A stretch of 64,000 bases of DNA from an uncultured Candidatus Rokubacteria bacterium (lineage in GTDB: Bacteria > Methylomirabilota > Methylomirabilia > Rokubacteriales > DASRDR01), in assembly GCA_963749975.1 (NCBI GenBank), contig CAVVOZ010000031.1, positions 1,270 to 65,269 on the forward strand, read 5' to 3'. Shown here piece by piece: positions 52,575-63,590 of the stretch; the first letter of the stretch is position 1, and the number at the start of each line of letters is the position of its first letter. The notes beneath the pieces were generated by a model. The model was not told the DNA's origin and ran no database searches. It saw only the letters and a program-made list of their open reading frames with translations. The translations under genes and the position numbers were made by a program.

Positions 52575-52699
52575 TACCCGCCTCGCCGGAACGGCGACCT
52601 CGACGCTCGGGCCCCCGCGGTCCCCTGATCCGTCCGGCCCATGCGCGAAGGCACTGCAAGCCGCGCTCCCAGAGGTGCCGCACGGCCGGGCGTCGAGTG

Positions 52700-53058
52700 A
52701 CGGGCGGTTCGCTCAGGCGGACAGCCGGCCTGGCGGCGTCGACGTCATACAGGGCGTATCCGTCAGGATGTCCAGCCGTCGAGGCCGAAGGCGTGCTTGA
52801 GATGCCGCACGCCGGTCACCCCGCCCGCCTCGTCGAGCGACACCCCCACCACGTCGAAGCGGCAGGACTGCTCGCCGAGCCGCCGCGCCGCGAGGTAGCC
52901 GAGCGCGAGCCGGCCAAGCCGCGCGCGCTTCCGGATATCCACCCCGGCTTCGGGCGGATCGCCGGACAGGCCCCGCCGGGCCTTCACCTCGACGAACACG
53001 AGCGTCGACCCGTCGCGGGCGAGAAGGTCGATCTTGCCGAGCCGCGACCGGAGCTATC
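52700..53058. repeat. Direct repeat copy 1 (~360 bp); partner at ~59375..59720
   Basis: Direct alignment of the two regions read from the sequence. Confidence 0.8.
52763..53058 (-). pseudogene. yraN: yraN (UPF0102 endonuclease) 3' fragment; homology to the full copy starts abruptly at 53058, right after in-frame TGA TAG
   Basis: About 88% nt identity to 59434..59720; the N-terminal ~40 codons are missing. Confidence 0.7.
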
Positions 53059-53291
53059 AGAACTCGTCTCTTGTCTGAGTTCTTGGCGGTATCCGAGGTC
53101 GAACACATCTTTGACGCGGTCGCCCGCCCGTCGCGCCGCGGGCCGCATCCAGCGCTACGCCAAGCAAGGCCGCCAGCCCGCTCGCCGAACGGGCACGCAC
53201 CGCCGCGTGCGGCGACCCCTGGCGAAGAGGCCGGTGACGAAGCGCCGACTGTGTCGTACCCAACACAAGGCGCACCTGTGGGTGATCAGCG

Positions 53292-53321
53292 ACAGTTGAC
53301 TGACGTGGAGCGCCCTCCCTA
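53292..53321 (+). promoter_or_regulatory. Sigma70-type promoter TTGACT-N18-TATAGT upstream of the GT-C/discoidin gene
   Basis: Read directly; lower-GC 300-bp intergenic region; gene GTG start at 53373. Confidence 0.4.
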
Positions 53322-53372
53322 TAGTGACGCGGTGTCGGCGAGCCAAGAGCATTCGAGCAACTGAGGCGCGCA

Positions 53373-56109
53373 GTGACCAGCCGCCGTGGCGCTCGGCGAG
53401 GTCTGTGGCTACCTATCGCGATCCTCGCCGTGGCGGCGGCGGTTCGCGGTCTGCGGTTCTGGGCGGAGTTCGTGACGTTCGCGCACGTCGACGAGGCGCG
53501 CGTCGCCATCCCGGCCCTGCAGATTCTGGCGGGTACGTTTCCAGTCCACCATGTGGGGGTCGAATACCACGGCGCGGCTCCGGCCTATCCTCTCGCTGCT
53601 TGGTTCGCGCTGGTCGGCGTATCCTCGGGGAGCCTCGATGTCTTCGCCTACCTGATAGGGCTGGCGGGCGCGGCGACTGGGTACTGGCTCGCGTGTCGCC
53701 TGCTGCAGCCGCCGGCCGCGATCCTGGCCGGCCTGGCCATCGCCGTGCCGCCATTGCTCGTCGCGCGGTGGTCACTCAGTGCCAACCTGAACTATCCGCT
53801 CACGTTCCTGCTCGGCCATGTGATCTTGCTCGGTACCCATCGGCTGTACCGCGGAGACCCCATGCGGGGGACAACGATCCTGGCGGTGTCGCTCGTGGCC
53901 GGCCTCGGCTGGTGGACCAACCCCCTCATCGTCGCCTACTGCTTTCCGCTCGCCGTCCTGGCGCTCCGGAGAGGCCTCGTGTTCGAGCCGACGTTCTGGC
54001 TCGTCCCGCTGGGCGTTCTCCTCGGCGGGCTACCGGACTGGCTTTACGAGGTCACGCACTTTCCCACGATGCGGTTCATGCTCCACGAGGCGGGTTCGTT
54101 GCCGGCCCAGTCGGTCGGCGCGCGAGCAGCAGAGCTTATAGGGTATCTTGCGTTCGAGCTGCTCGGCGCAAGGCCCGAAGGGCTCCGATCCGTCCCGCCG
54201 TTGTTGGTCCAGGTCTTGGTTGTGGCGATTGGCGGATTCGCCGTTCTGCGCGCGGTCGTACGGGACCGGGACGAGTTGCGGTGGCTCGTTGGGGCGGGCG
54301 GCCAGCCGAGATCGGGACTCGGGCTCCTCTGGGCGATGGTCGTCGGCCACATCGGCCTCATGCTCTTCACGCACCGGACGCTTGGAGCGACGTACTGCGT
54401 GCCGCTCTACGCGGCGCTCTCGATCTGGACGGGGGAGGCCCTGGCCTGGCTCTGGCTCCGTCGCCGATGGCTCGGGGGCGGAGCGGTCACCGTCCTAGTC
54501 GCGTGGCACCTTTGGGCAAACTTTGGGGCATCGCTGGGGAGCCCCGCCGCGTCGGCACCGCGCTGGACACGGCTCGAGGCCACCGCACGGCCTCTCATCG
54601 ACTGGCTCCTGGCCCGCAACATCCGCCATGTTCAGTGGACCGCGGAGGACGAGAGCCTCGCATCCTTCGAGCTCACATTCCTGTCAGGATACCGGGTGAT
54701 CGCCAGTCAGCTTTGGCATGAAGCGGTGGTGCAGCACGGATGGGCAGTCGATGCGGAGGAGATGCCGCTCATCGTGACTGGGGAGCGGGAGCTTGGTCCC
54801 CTACGCGCGAGCCTTGCCGCCCTGGGACTGGGGGTTCGGGAAACCCGGGTAGGTCGCTTCGTCGTGGTCGAGCCCACGGCTGCGTCGAGGGGCTTTGCCC
54901 CGCTCGCGCCCGACGGATGGACGGTGACGGCCAGTCATCGGACGCACGAAGCCGGGAACCTGCTGGACCGGGACGTCGCCACGGGCTGGAGCACAGGGGA
55001 CCGGCAGCGGTCCGGCGAATGGTTGACTGTCGATCTGGGAAGGGCGGAAACGGTCGGGCGCGTCGACCTGCTCGCGATTGACTGGCAAGAAGTGCCCGCG
55101 GCGTTTCGGGTGGAATCGTCCCTGGACGGCCGGCAGTGGCACGAGGCGGTGACGGTCACGGAATACTGGGGTCCGCTCTTCCTGTCGGAGGGCCGGCCGT
55201 TTCTGAGAGCCCGGCACGGCCGGGTGCAGGCGATCTTTTCGCCAGTGCAGTGCCGCTTCCTGCGGATCGTTCAACTCGGCGAATCGGGCCATGCGTGGGC
55301 TGCGCGAGAGCTCTTCGTCTACCGACCCGCCGCGCCTCGTCCGTCGTCGACCGACCCTTCGCCTGAAGGGCTCGCATGGTCGCTGCACCGCGCCGGGATA
55401 CGGATGGTCTACGCTGGGCCGTGGCTCTCGGCCCGCGTCCTAGCGGGATCCCGGGGTACCCTGGGAGCGCTCGATTCGAACATCAACGTGAACTCGTACG
55501 GGCGGACGCGGCCCGAGCCGACCACGCTCGAGCGGTTCCGGCTGGAGGAGGGGCGCGGCCTCCTGCTGGGCGGGGACACCGACTTCACCGGAATACGGGA
55601 GGTGCTTGCCGGGCGCGGCGTCCCGATGCACGAGACGGGAATCGGCCCGTATCGGCTGTTGGCCTTGACCCGCCCCAAGACGACAACGCCCTCTGTCACC
55701 TCACGGGTGGCGCGCGTCCGCGGCCTTGCGGACGGATGAGGCGGGGCGGATGCTCGACGGGGACTTTCGGACACGGTGGAGCGCGGAACGCGCGGTCGAT
55801 CCTTCCGTCCACGTCACCGTCGATCTGGGTGTAGCGCGACGGATCGCAGGGGTGCGCATCCTGCCCGGCTCCCGCGAGGGCGGGCCCAGCAAGCTCACGA
55901 TCGAGGGATCGACGGATGGGGTGATCTGGATACGGCTGGAACCTCTGGAGTGGGCGGGTCAACTCTACTGGACGGGGTACGAGCTGCTCCGGAACAGCCT
56001 CCGGGAGTGGGCGGTCACGTTTCCGCCGACCACGGTGCGATACCTCCGGCTGCGCCCAGCGGCATCCGCACCAAGGTGGGACATCGAGGAAATCGCCGTG
56101 TTCGAGTGA
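53373..56109 (+). CDS. GT-C-fold (PMT/ArnT-like) membrane glycosyltransferase domain fused to two F5/8 type C (discoidin) domains (~910 aa); frame change near 55730
   Basis: ORF 53373..55739 (12+ TM N-terminus, first discoidin …WSTGDRQRSGEWLTVDLG…) plus ORF 55726..56109 (second discoidin). Confidence 0.7.
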
Positions 56110-56357
56110 CCGCCGCCACGGATCAATGATGATCGGGGCCGTGACATGGATCATCCTCACGCGTCCGAAGTGGCTCAGCACGCCGGTCCCGGTGCCCGGC
56201 TGCCCCCCTGGCGTCACGGGTACCATGACGGCGCGCCTTGCTGGTCCGCCCGGTGATCGAGGCGAACCCCGAGCGGCCACCGCGTGATGCCTCCCCAGTG
56301 TTCTCCGTCGGATCCGGTCAGCGGGCGCTCACCGTTCGCCCGAAGGTGTAGCGCACC

Positions 56358-59134
56358 GTGCGGACGGCACCTATCTTGATCGGCATGTTCGGGAGAGCCG
56401 CGCGCGACCGGCCGAATCGGGGCGCCCGATGGGCCTGGCTGCCGCTCGTCCTGCTCGTCGTGGCGGCCGGTGTCCGGGCGCTCCGCTTCGCCGCTCCGTT
56501 CCTGAAGCCGTACGAGTGGGACGAAGCCGCGACCGGCGTGTGGGGCATCCAGCTGCTCGCCGGGACGTTTCCGGTCTACTTCCTCGGCAACGAATACCAG
56601 GGCGTGCCCGCCGCCTACCCTCTCGCCGCATGGTTCGCGCTGGTCGGGTCGTCGACCCACGCATTGGACGCCTTTGCCTACGTCCTCGGGCTCGTGCTTC
56701 TCTGGACAGGCTGGCTCGTGATCCGGCGCTTCCTCCCCCCGGATGCGGCCATTGCCGCCCTCCTGGTCCTCGTCGCGCCGCCGCTCCCGTTGGCGTCGCG
56801 GAGCCTCAACGGCGGCCTGGACTACCCGACGTTGCTCGTGCTTGGCCAGCTCTTCATGCTCGGCACGCACTCGGTGTTCTACCGAAGAGTCCCGCTTCGA
56901 CGGGCTCTTCTCGGCCTCGGCCTCGTGGGGGGGCTTGGCTGCTGGAACAGCCCGCTGTTCGGCGTGTACCTGGCGCCATTCGTGTGGCTCGCGCTCCGAC
57001 ACGGCCTGGCCTGGCGGCGCGAGGTCGCCTGGTTCGCGGGGGGTGCGCTTCTCGGGAGCCTCCCAACAGCGGTATACGAGGCCGTGTACTTTCCGTCCAC
57101 GCGTTTCATCGTCCATGCGGGAGGGAGCATCCCCGTCGATCCGGTTCTCGTGCGCGCGGCGACGGTGTTCGGCACGCACGTCCCCGATCTGCTCGGCGTT
57201 CCGGAGTTCGGATCGCTCCAATCGAGCACGCTGGCCGTATCCGCATCGCTGGTCCTCCTCGGCATTGCCGTCGCGCTCTGCTGGGACCGTGCCGAGCTCC
57301 GGTGGCTCCTGGCGCTCGGCGACGCTCGAGGCTCGGGTCGCGTCATCCTGTGGATCGTGCTGGTCAGCAACCTGGTCGTGGTGATCGCGGCCCCGCAGGG
57401 CGCGGTCGGAAGCCGCTACCTCCACCCGCTCTACGCGGTGCTACCCGCCTTCGCCGGCATTGCGCTCGCGTGGCTGTGGCGCCGCCGCCGCTCCATCGCG
57501 GTCATCGTGGCTGGCGCGCTGATCGGCATCCATGCGCTGGCACAACTGGACGCATGGGCCGGGCGGCACCCCTTCCGCCCAATGGCGGTGGAGCCCGACC
57601 ACGCGCGCGCTCGAGCCGCTGCTGGTCTGGCTCGAGTCGCGCGGCATCGACCATGCGTACTGGGCGTTCCGCGGCCTGCCCCCCAGCTACGAGATGACCT
57701 ACCTCGCCGCAGGGCGCGTAGTCTTCGCGGACGCGTGGCGTGAGCTGGCGCTGCCCTATGCCCGCGAGGTCGATGCGAGCAAGGCGCCACCGTTCGTCGC
57801 CCCGGATGGGGCCGATGAGGTCGACGAACTCCGAGACACGCTTCCGGCACTCGGCCTCGAGGTTCGCGAGACGCGGGTCGGCCGGTACGCCGTCTTCGAA
57901 ACCAGCGCCCGGGGCCGATCCGGGTTCGTGGCCCTGCCTCCCGACGGCTGGCGCGTGAGCGCCGAGCCCGAACGGCCCCGCGATCACGAGCCTCACCGAT
58001 CGCGACGTAGCGACCGGCTGGTCGACCGGTCGCGGCCAGCAGCCCGGCCAGCAGATCGTCATCGATCTCGGGCGGGACGCGCTCGTCACGCGGGTCGATC
58101 TGCTCGTGGTCGACTGGCAGGAAGTCCCGGCCGGATTCCGCATCGATGTATCACGGGACGGCGAACGATGGGAGTCGGTCCTTACGGTGCCGCGCTACTG
58201 GGGTCCTCTGTTCTTCTCCGAACACCACGCGATGCTCAAGGTTCGGCACGGCCGCGTGCAGGCAGTGTTTCCGCCCACCACGACGCGGTGGCTCCGGATC
58301 GTGCAGACCGGGACGGTTTCCTACCGCTCGTGGAAGGCGCGCGAGCTCTTCGTCTACGCCCCAGGGCCGCCACCGAGCGATGACGTGCCGCCAATCGAGC
58401 CGCTGTTCCGGGATCGTCGTCCCGAGTTCGTCTACACCGGTCCCTGGCTCGCGGCGCGGCTCCACACGGAGCTCGGCGACCGAGTCCGGGTCCCCGAATC
58501 CAACTACTTCACCAACAACAACGGCCACCACCTGCCGGATCCCCGTTGGCTGGAACCGCTCCGGATCGAACCGGGGCGGGTGATCCTGCTGGGCCAGGAC
58601 GCGGACGCGGCTGGGGTCAGGGCCATGCTCGCGGCCCGCGGTGTGCCGGTGGACACGCGAGTCGATGGACCCTATCAGCTGCTGACTTTCAAGACCACGG
58701 AGAAGGCTCGCCTCCTCGACCGGGCTGGATGGCGGGCCACGGCCAGCGTCGATGCCGCCAACGCCCAGCGCGCGATCGACGGAAAGGCAGGGACGCACTG
58801 GATATCCGGTGGCCCGGCATCGCCGCAAGACCATCTCACAGTCGACCTGGGACGCATCCGAGAGATCTCCGGGATCCGCCTCACCCCTGGCTCGCAGGCG
58901 GGAGGACCGCTGGCGCTCGGCCTCGAGGGCTCGGACGACGGAATCACCTGGACCGCGCTCGGGCCGCCGACGTGGGCCGGGGCTCTCTACTGGACCGGGT
59001 CCGAGCTCCTGCGGAACAGCGAAGAGGGCTGGTCGTTCGTATTCCCGGCAGCACGCGTGCGGATCCTCCGGATCCGTCCCTCGCGTCCGTCGCCGACGCC
59101 CTGGATCGTGGCCGAGCTCGAGTGCTTCGACTGA
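56358..59134 (+). CDS. Paralog of 53373..56109 with the same GT-C + 2x discoidin architecture; frame changes near 57600 and 58100
   Basis: ORFs 56358..57743, 57532..58383 and 58106..59134 align colinearly to the upstream paralog. Confidence 0.65.
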
Positions 59135-59374
59135 CCGGAACGATGACCACGCCGCGACCCGCCCCACCGGGACAGCCGCCCGGCGTGATCACCTTCAGTG
59201 CCCGCTTCACGCCCGCGTGACACCGCATGTCCGCGAGATCGAGGTCGTCGGACCTCCCCGCCCGGCCCAGAACCAGAGGCGAAGCCCGGACCGGATCGTC
59301 TCGGGACGTCCGGCCGGCGGCGCCGCCGGGCGCTCGGCGTGCCCGCGAAACAGTCGCGGCCGGGGCGCCGAGTT

Positions 59375-59720
59375 GCGGGCGGTTCGCTCGGGCGGGCGGC
59401 CCGACCGCGTCAACGTCATACGGGGCGTATCCGTCAGGACGTCCAGCCGTCGAGGTCGAAGGCGTGCTTGAGGTGCCGCACGCCGGTCACCCGGCCCGCC
59501 TCGTCGAGCGACACCCCCACCACGTCGAAGCGGCAGGACTGCTCGCCGAGCCGCCGCGCCGCGAGGTAGCCGAGCGCGAGCCGGACGAGCCGCGCACGCT
59601 TCCGGCCATCCACCGCGGCCTCGGGCGGATCGCCCGACAGGCCGCGCCGTGATTTCACCTCGATGAAGACCAGCGTGGCGCCGTCTCGGGCCAGGAGGTC
59701 GATCTCGCCCAGCCGCGACC
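59375..59720. repeat. Direct repeat copy 2 (within full-length yraN and its 3' flank)
   Basis: See 52700..53058. Confidence 0.8.
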
Positions 59721-59838
59721 GGAGGTTCCGCGCGAGGATGACGAGACCGCGCCGCTTGAGATAGCGCACGGCCGCGGCTTCCCCCGCCTGGCCGACGGAC
59801 CGTGTCGTGGCGCGGGGCGGATCGCGCTGCCACCGCAT
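59434..59838 (-). CDS. yraN: YraN-family (UPF0102) endonuclease, full length
   Basis: ORF 59434..59847; AAVRYLKRRGLVILARNLRSRLGEIDLLARDG…. Confidence 0.8.
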   Translation of the reverse strand: MRWQRDPPRATTRSVGQAGEAAAVRYLKRRGLVILARNLRSRLGEIDLLARDGATLVFIEVKSRRGLSGDPPEAAVDGRKRARLVRLALGYLAARRLGEQSCRFDVVGVSLDEAGRVTGVRHLKHAFDLDGWTS

Positions 59839-59954
59839 GCCGGTCACCGTGCAAGGACCCGACCAGGCGGCAAGCCCGCCGGATGTCGAGCCGGCACTCG
59901 CGGGCGCTCATCGCGGGCGGCTGCCCGCGGATGCGCGTCGTGTCCGGGCGGTCA

Positions 59955-60655
59955 GCGCCGGCTCGCGCCCTCCAGGATCCGCACCATCTCGGCGTAGCCG
60001 CGCGCCCGGGCGTGGGCGAGCGGCGTGACGCCCTGGCGGTCGGCGAGATCGATGGCGGCCCGCGCCTCGACGAGGAGGCGCGCGACGGCCACGTGGCGCG
60101 GCCCGCCGTCTCCGAGGATCACCGCCTCGAGGAGGGCCGTCCAGCCGAGGTTGTTGACGTGGTCGAGCGGGGCGCCGGCCGTCGACGAGGACCCGCACCA
60201 CCTCCACGTGGCCGAGATGCGCCGCCGCGATGAGGGCCGTGCCGTCGTAGGGGCTCGTGACGGTGCGCGGGCTCGCGCCGAGCGCGAGGGCAAGCTCGCA
60301 GCGTCGCCACGTCGTCACGCACCGCCGCGATCGTGACGACGTCGTAGCGCTGCGCGTCGAGGGCATCGGGGTCCGCGCCGCCAGCCACCAGGGCCCGCAT
60401 CGCCTCGGCCTGCGCGGCGAACGCGGCGACGTGAAGCGGCGTGCGTCCGTGGCCGTCCCGCGCGCCAGGATCCGCGCCGGTCGCGAGGAGCCGGCGGATC
60501 TCGATCGCGTCGCCGCGGGCCGCCGCCCCGTGGAGCCCCGTGTACGCGCGCATCTCGTCCGGGCCGGGCGGCACCTGAGGGAAGCCGGCGCGAGGCGCGA
60601 GCAGCGCCACGAGGCCGGCCAGGAGCAGCCCGACGAGACGGCTCACGGCCCGGAC
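59955..60655 (-). CDS. Secreted ankyrin-repeat protein; frame changes near 60180 and 60300
   Basis: Signal peptide VSRLVGLLLAGLVALLAP; ANK repeats spread over ORFs 60119..60994, 59908..60366 and 59952..60293. Confidence 0.6.
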
Positions 60656-60675
60656 GCGACGGCCGACCGGCGGCG

Positions 60676-61635
60676 TCAGGCCGGTTCCGGCGAGGGCAGC
60701 TCCACGCCCTCGAGGGGATCCGACGCCGGGTGGTAGTACATCCACTCGGCGGCGCCCTCGGCGACCGTGCGGTTGAGCGCGCGCGCCTGGCGCTCGCCCA
60801 GGTCGCGCACGATCTCGCCGGCCGGCGCGCGGCGCGCGACGATCAGGGCGTGGCGGGCATCGAGCGGGACCCGCACCTCGTGGGCGGATCCGAGCCCCAC
60901 CTGGTAGAGCTTCGCGGCGGCCGACGGCGCCCAGAGCACGACGGGCGTGTCGCTGGTCAGGAGCACCGGTGCCGGAAAGCGGACGACCTGCCACGTGCGG
61001 GCCGCCAGCTGACGCGCGAGCGCCGGCATCGACGCCAGCGACCGCCCGACCGGCGGTCGGCCCGGGAGCATCACGTCCGGCGCACTCGCGCCGCCGACTG
61101 CCTCCGGCTTGCGCGCCGCCCGGGCCTTCGGGGCAGCCGGGCCTTCCATGCCCGGGCTCTCGGGCTCGTCCACTTCGGCTTCCTCAGGGGCCTCCTCAGG
61201 GGCCTCCTCCGCCACCTCGGCCTCCTCCTCGTCTTCCTCGGACTCCTCGATGGTCGAGACGATGAGCTGGCCGACGAGGGTCGCCATCCGCCCGGCCTCG
61301 GCCCGGTGATACCGCCCGAGGAGGAGCTGCGCGGCGAGGACGAGGGCGAGGCTCGCCCGATCGGACTCGCGTGGCGGGAACGCGCCGGCCGTGATCCGCT
61401 GGACGGCCTCGGCCCCCCGTGCCTCCACCTCGGCGAGGAGGCGCGCGAGCGCCGGGGCATCGGTCCGGTCGGCCACGAGCGCATAGCGCCCGAGCTCCGC
61501 CACGGCGGCGTCCACCAGGACCAGCCGCCGGCGGGTGCGGTCCCGCCGCTCCGCGATGAGCTGGCCGGTGGCGTCGGCGAACCCCGCGAGGAGGAAGCGG
61601 GGGACGAGCGGGCGCTCGAGCGCGATCGGGCTCAC
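60676..61635 (-). CDS. Hypothetical protein with an acidic low-complexity insert (EESEEDEEEAEVAEEAPEEAPEEAEVDEPE)
   Basis: ORF 60676..61713; a likely GTG start just after the rnhB stop. Confidence 0.45.
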   Translation of the reverse strand: MSPIALERPLVPRFLLAGFADATGQLIAERRDRTRRRLVLVDAAVAELGRYALVADRTDAPALARLLAEVEARGAEAVQRITAGAFPPRESDRASLALVLAAQLLLGRYHRAEAGRMATLVGQLIVSTIEESEEDEEEAEVAEEAPEEAPEEAEVDEPESPGMEGPAAPKARAARKPEAVGGASAPDVMLPGRPPVGRSLASMPALARQLAARTWQVVRFPAPVLLTSDTPVVLWAPSAAAKLYQVGLGSAHEVRVPLDARHALIVARRAPAGEIVRDLGERQARALNRTVAEGAAEWMYYHPASDPLEGVELPSPEPA

Positions 61636-61636
61636 G

Positions 61637-62344
61637 TCAGAAGAGCCGAAGCTCGAGGGAGGGATCGCCGCGCTCGCTCCCGACGCCGTGATCAACCCCA
61701 TGGCCAACTCCATGAAAAGAGCGCCGGTGGAGCGGGCACGGGCCGAGCCGCGCGAGCGCCTCGAGGTGCGCGGCGGTCGCGTAGCCCTTGTGCTGCCGGA
61801 AGCCGTACTCGGGATAGCGCCGGTCGGCGCGCAGCATGAAGGAGTCGCGGGTGACCTTCGCGAGGATCGATGCGGCGGCGACCGAGGCCGAGCGACGATC
61901 GCCGGCGATGATCGCCCGCTGGGCGCAGGTCACGCCGGGGATCCGGAGGTTGCCGTCCACCAGGACGAGACCGGGCGCGAGGCGTAGCCGCTCGAGCGCG
62001 GCCCGCATGGCGCACCAGGTGGCCTGCAGCACGTTGACCGTGTCGATCCGCCGCGGGCCGACGCGTCCCACGGCGAAGGCGAGCGCCCGGACGCGGATCT
62101 CGCGCGCGAGTCGCCGCCGTTGCCGGGCGCTGAGGAGCTTCGAGTCACGGAGCCCGTCGACCGGCGCCGTCGGGTCGAGAATCACGGCCGCGGCGACCAC
62201 CGGTCCAGCCAGGGGCCCGCGCCCCACCTCGTCCACCCCCGCCACCCAGAGCCCCCGCGCCCAGGCGCCACGCTCCTGGGCGTAGAGATCTTCCTCGAGC
62301 TCGAACAGCCCTGTCTGGAGGGGACCGGAGCGGCGCTGGCGCAC
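61637..62344 (-). CDS. rnhB: Ribonuclease HII
   Basis: VAGVDEVGRGPLAGPVV N-terminal motif, DSK, 235 aa. Confidence 0.9.
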   Translation of the reverse strand: MRQRRSGPLQTGLFELEEDLYAQERGAWARGLWVAGVDEVGRGPLAGPVVAAAVILDPTAPVDGLRDSKLLSARQRRRLAREIRVRALAFAVGRVGPRRIDTVNVLQATWCAMRAALERLRLAPGLVLVDGNLRIPGVTCAQRAIIAGDRRSASVAAASILAKVTRDSFMLRADRRYPEYGFRQHKGYATAAHLEALARLGPCPLHRRSFHGVGHGVDHGVGSERGDPSLELRLF

Positions 62345-62407
62345 GCGGGGGGTCGCCCACGCGACCCGCCGGCGTGCCGCCGGCGGGTCTGGGAGCTCGT
62401 CGCGCGG

Positions 62408-62803
62408 CTACTCGTCGCTCGCGGCGGGCGCCGCGGGGGCCGCAGTCGGCCGCTCCTGCCGCTTCTCCCGCAGGCGCGCAGCCTTCCCGGTGCGCGCCCG
62501 GAGGTAGTAGAGCTTGGAGCGCCGGACGTGCGCGGACTTCACGACCTGGACCTGCTCGACCCGCGGGGAGTGGAGCGGGAAGGTCCGCTCGACGCCGACG
62601 CCGTAGGACACGCGCCGGACCGTGAAGGTCGCGCGCGCGCCCTCGCCGCGCTTGCGGATGATGGTCCCCTCGAAGATCTGCACCCGCTCCTTCTCGCCCT
62701 CGATCACCTTCACGTGGACCCGCACGCTGTCCCCGGGGGCAAAGGCGCCCCGGTCCCGCTTGAGGGCGCTTGCCTCCACCACCGCGATCGCATCCGTCGC
62801 CAT
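62408..62803 (-). CDS. rplS: 50S ribosomal protein L19
   Basis: 131 aa; [29 protein letters not shown]. Confidence 0.95.
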   Translation of the reverse strand: MATDAIAVVEASALKRDRGAFAPGDSVRVHVKVIEGEKERVQIFEGTIIRKRGEGARATFTVRRVSYGVGVERTFPLHSPRVEQVQVVKSAHVRRSKLYYLRARTGKAARLREKRQERPTAAPAAPAASDE

Positions 62804-62840
62804 GTTCGTCTCCTCGGTGCGTCACTCGCCCGGCTGGGCG

Positions 62841-63590
62841 TCATTCACCCGTCCGCGTCAGCTCACCGCTGCGCGTCATCTCGTCCATCCACTCGCGCTC
62901 CTCGCGCGTCAACGGCACGGCGGCCAGCAGGTCCGGCCGGCGCGCGAGCGTGCGCCGGAGCGCCTCGCGGCGCCGCCACCGGGCGATGCGGCCGTGGTCC
63001 CCGGAAAGGAGGACCTCCGGCACCCGCCACCCGCGGAACTCGGCGGGTCGCGTGTACTGCGGGTAGTCGAGCCGGCCCGCGGCGAACGACTCCCGCGCCG
63101 CGCCGTCCGGATCCCCGAGCACCCCCGGCAGGAGCCGGACCACCGCGTCCAGCACGACCAGCGCCGGGAGCTCCCCGCCCGTCAGCACGTAGTCGCCGAT
63201 GGAGAGCTCCTCGTCGACGAGCTGCGCCCGGACGCGCTCGTCGACCCCCTCGTAGTGCCCGCAGAGCAGGACGAGGTGCGTCTCTTTCGCAAGACGCTCC
63301 GCGGCCGGCTGCGTGAACGTCGGGCCCTGCGGGCAGAGGAGCACGACGCGGCTCTCCGGCCCGCGCAGGGCGTCCACGGCGGCGAAGAGGGGCTCGGGCT
63401 TCAGCACCATGCCGCCGCCCCCGCCGAACGGGTAGTCGTCCGCGACCCGGTGCCGGCCCTCCGTGTAGTCGCGGAGGTCCACGACCCGGATGTCGACGGC
63501 GCCCCGCTCCCGGGCCACGCGGAGCATCGACTCGTCGAGCACCGCCGGGAGCATCCCCGGGAAGAGCGTCACCACGTCGATCCGCATCAC
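62841..63590 (-). CDS. trmD: tRNA (guanine37-N1)-methyltransferase TrmD
   Basis: [12 protein letters not shown]…[12 protein letters not shown]…. Confidence 0.93.
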   Translation of the reverse strand: MMRIDVVTLFPGMLPAVLDESMLRVARERGAVDIRVVDLRDYTEGRHRVADDYPFGGGGGMVLKPEPLFAAVDALRGPESRVVLLCPQGPTFTQPAAERLAKETHLVLLCGHYEGVDERVRAQLVDEELSIGDYVLTGGELPALVVLDAVVRLLPGVLGDPDGAARESFAAGRLDYPQYTRPAEFRGWRVPEVLLSGDHGRIARWRRREALRRTLARRPDLLAAVPLTREEREWMDEMTRSGELTRTGE

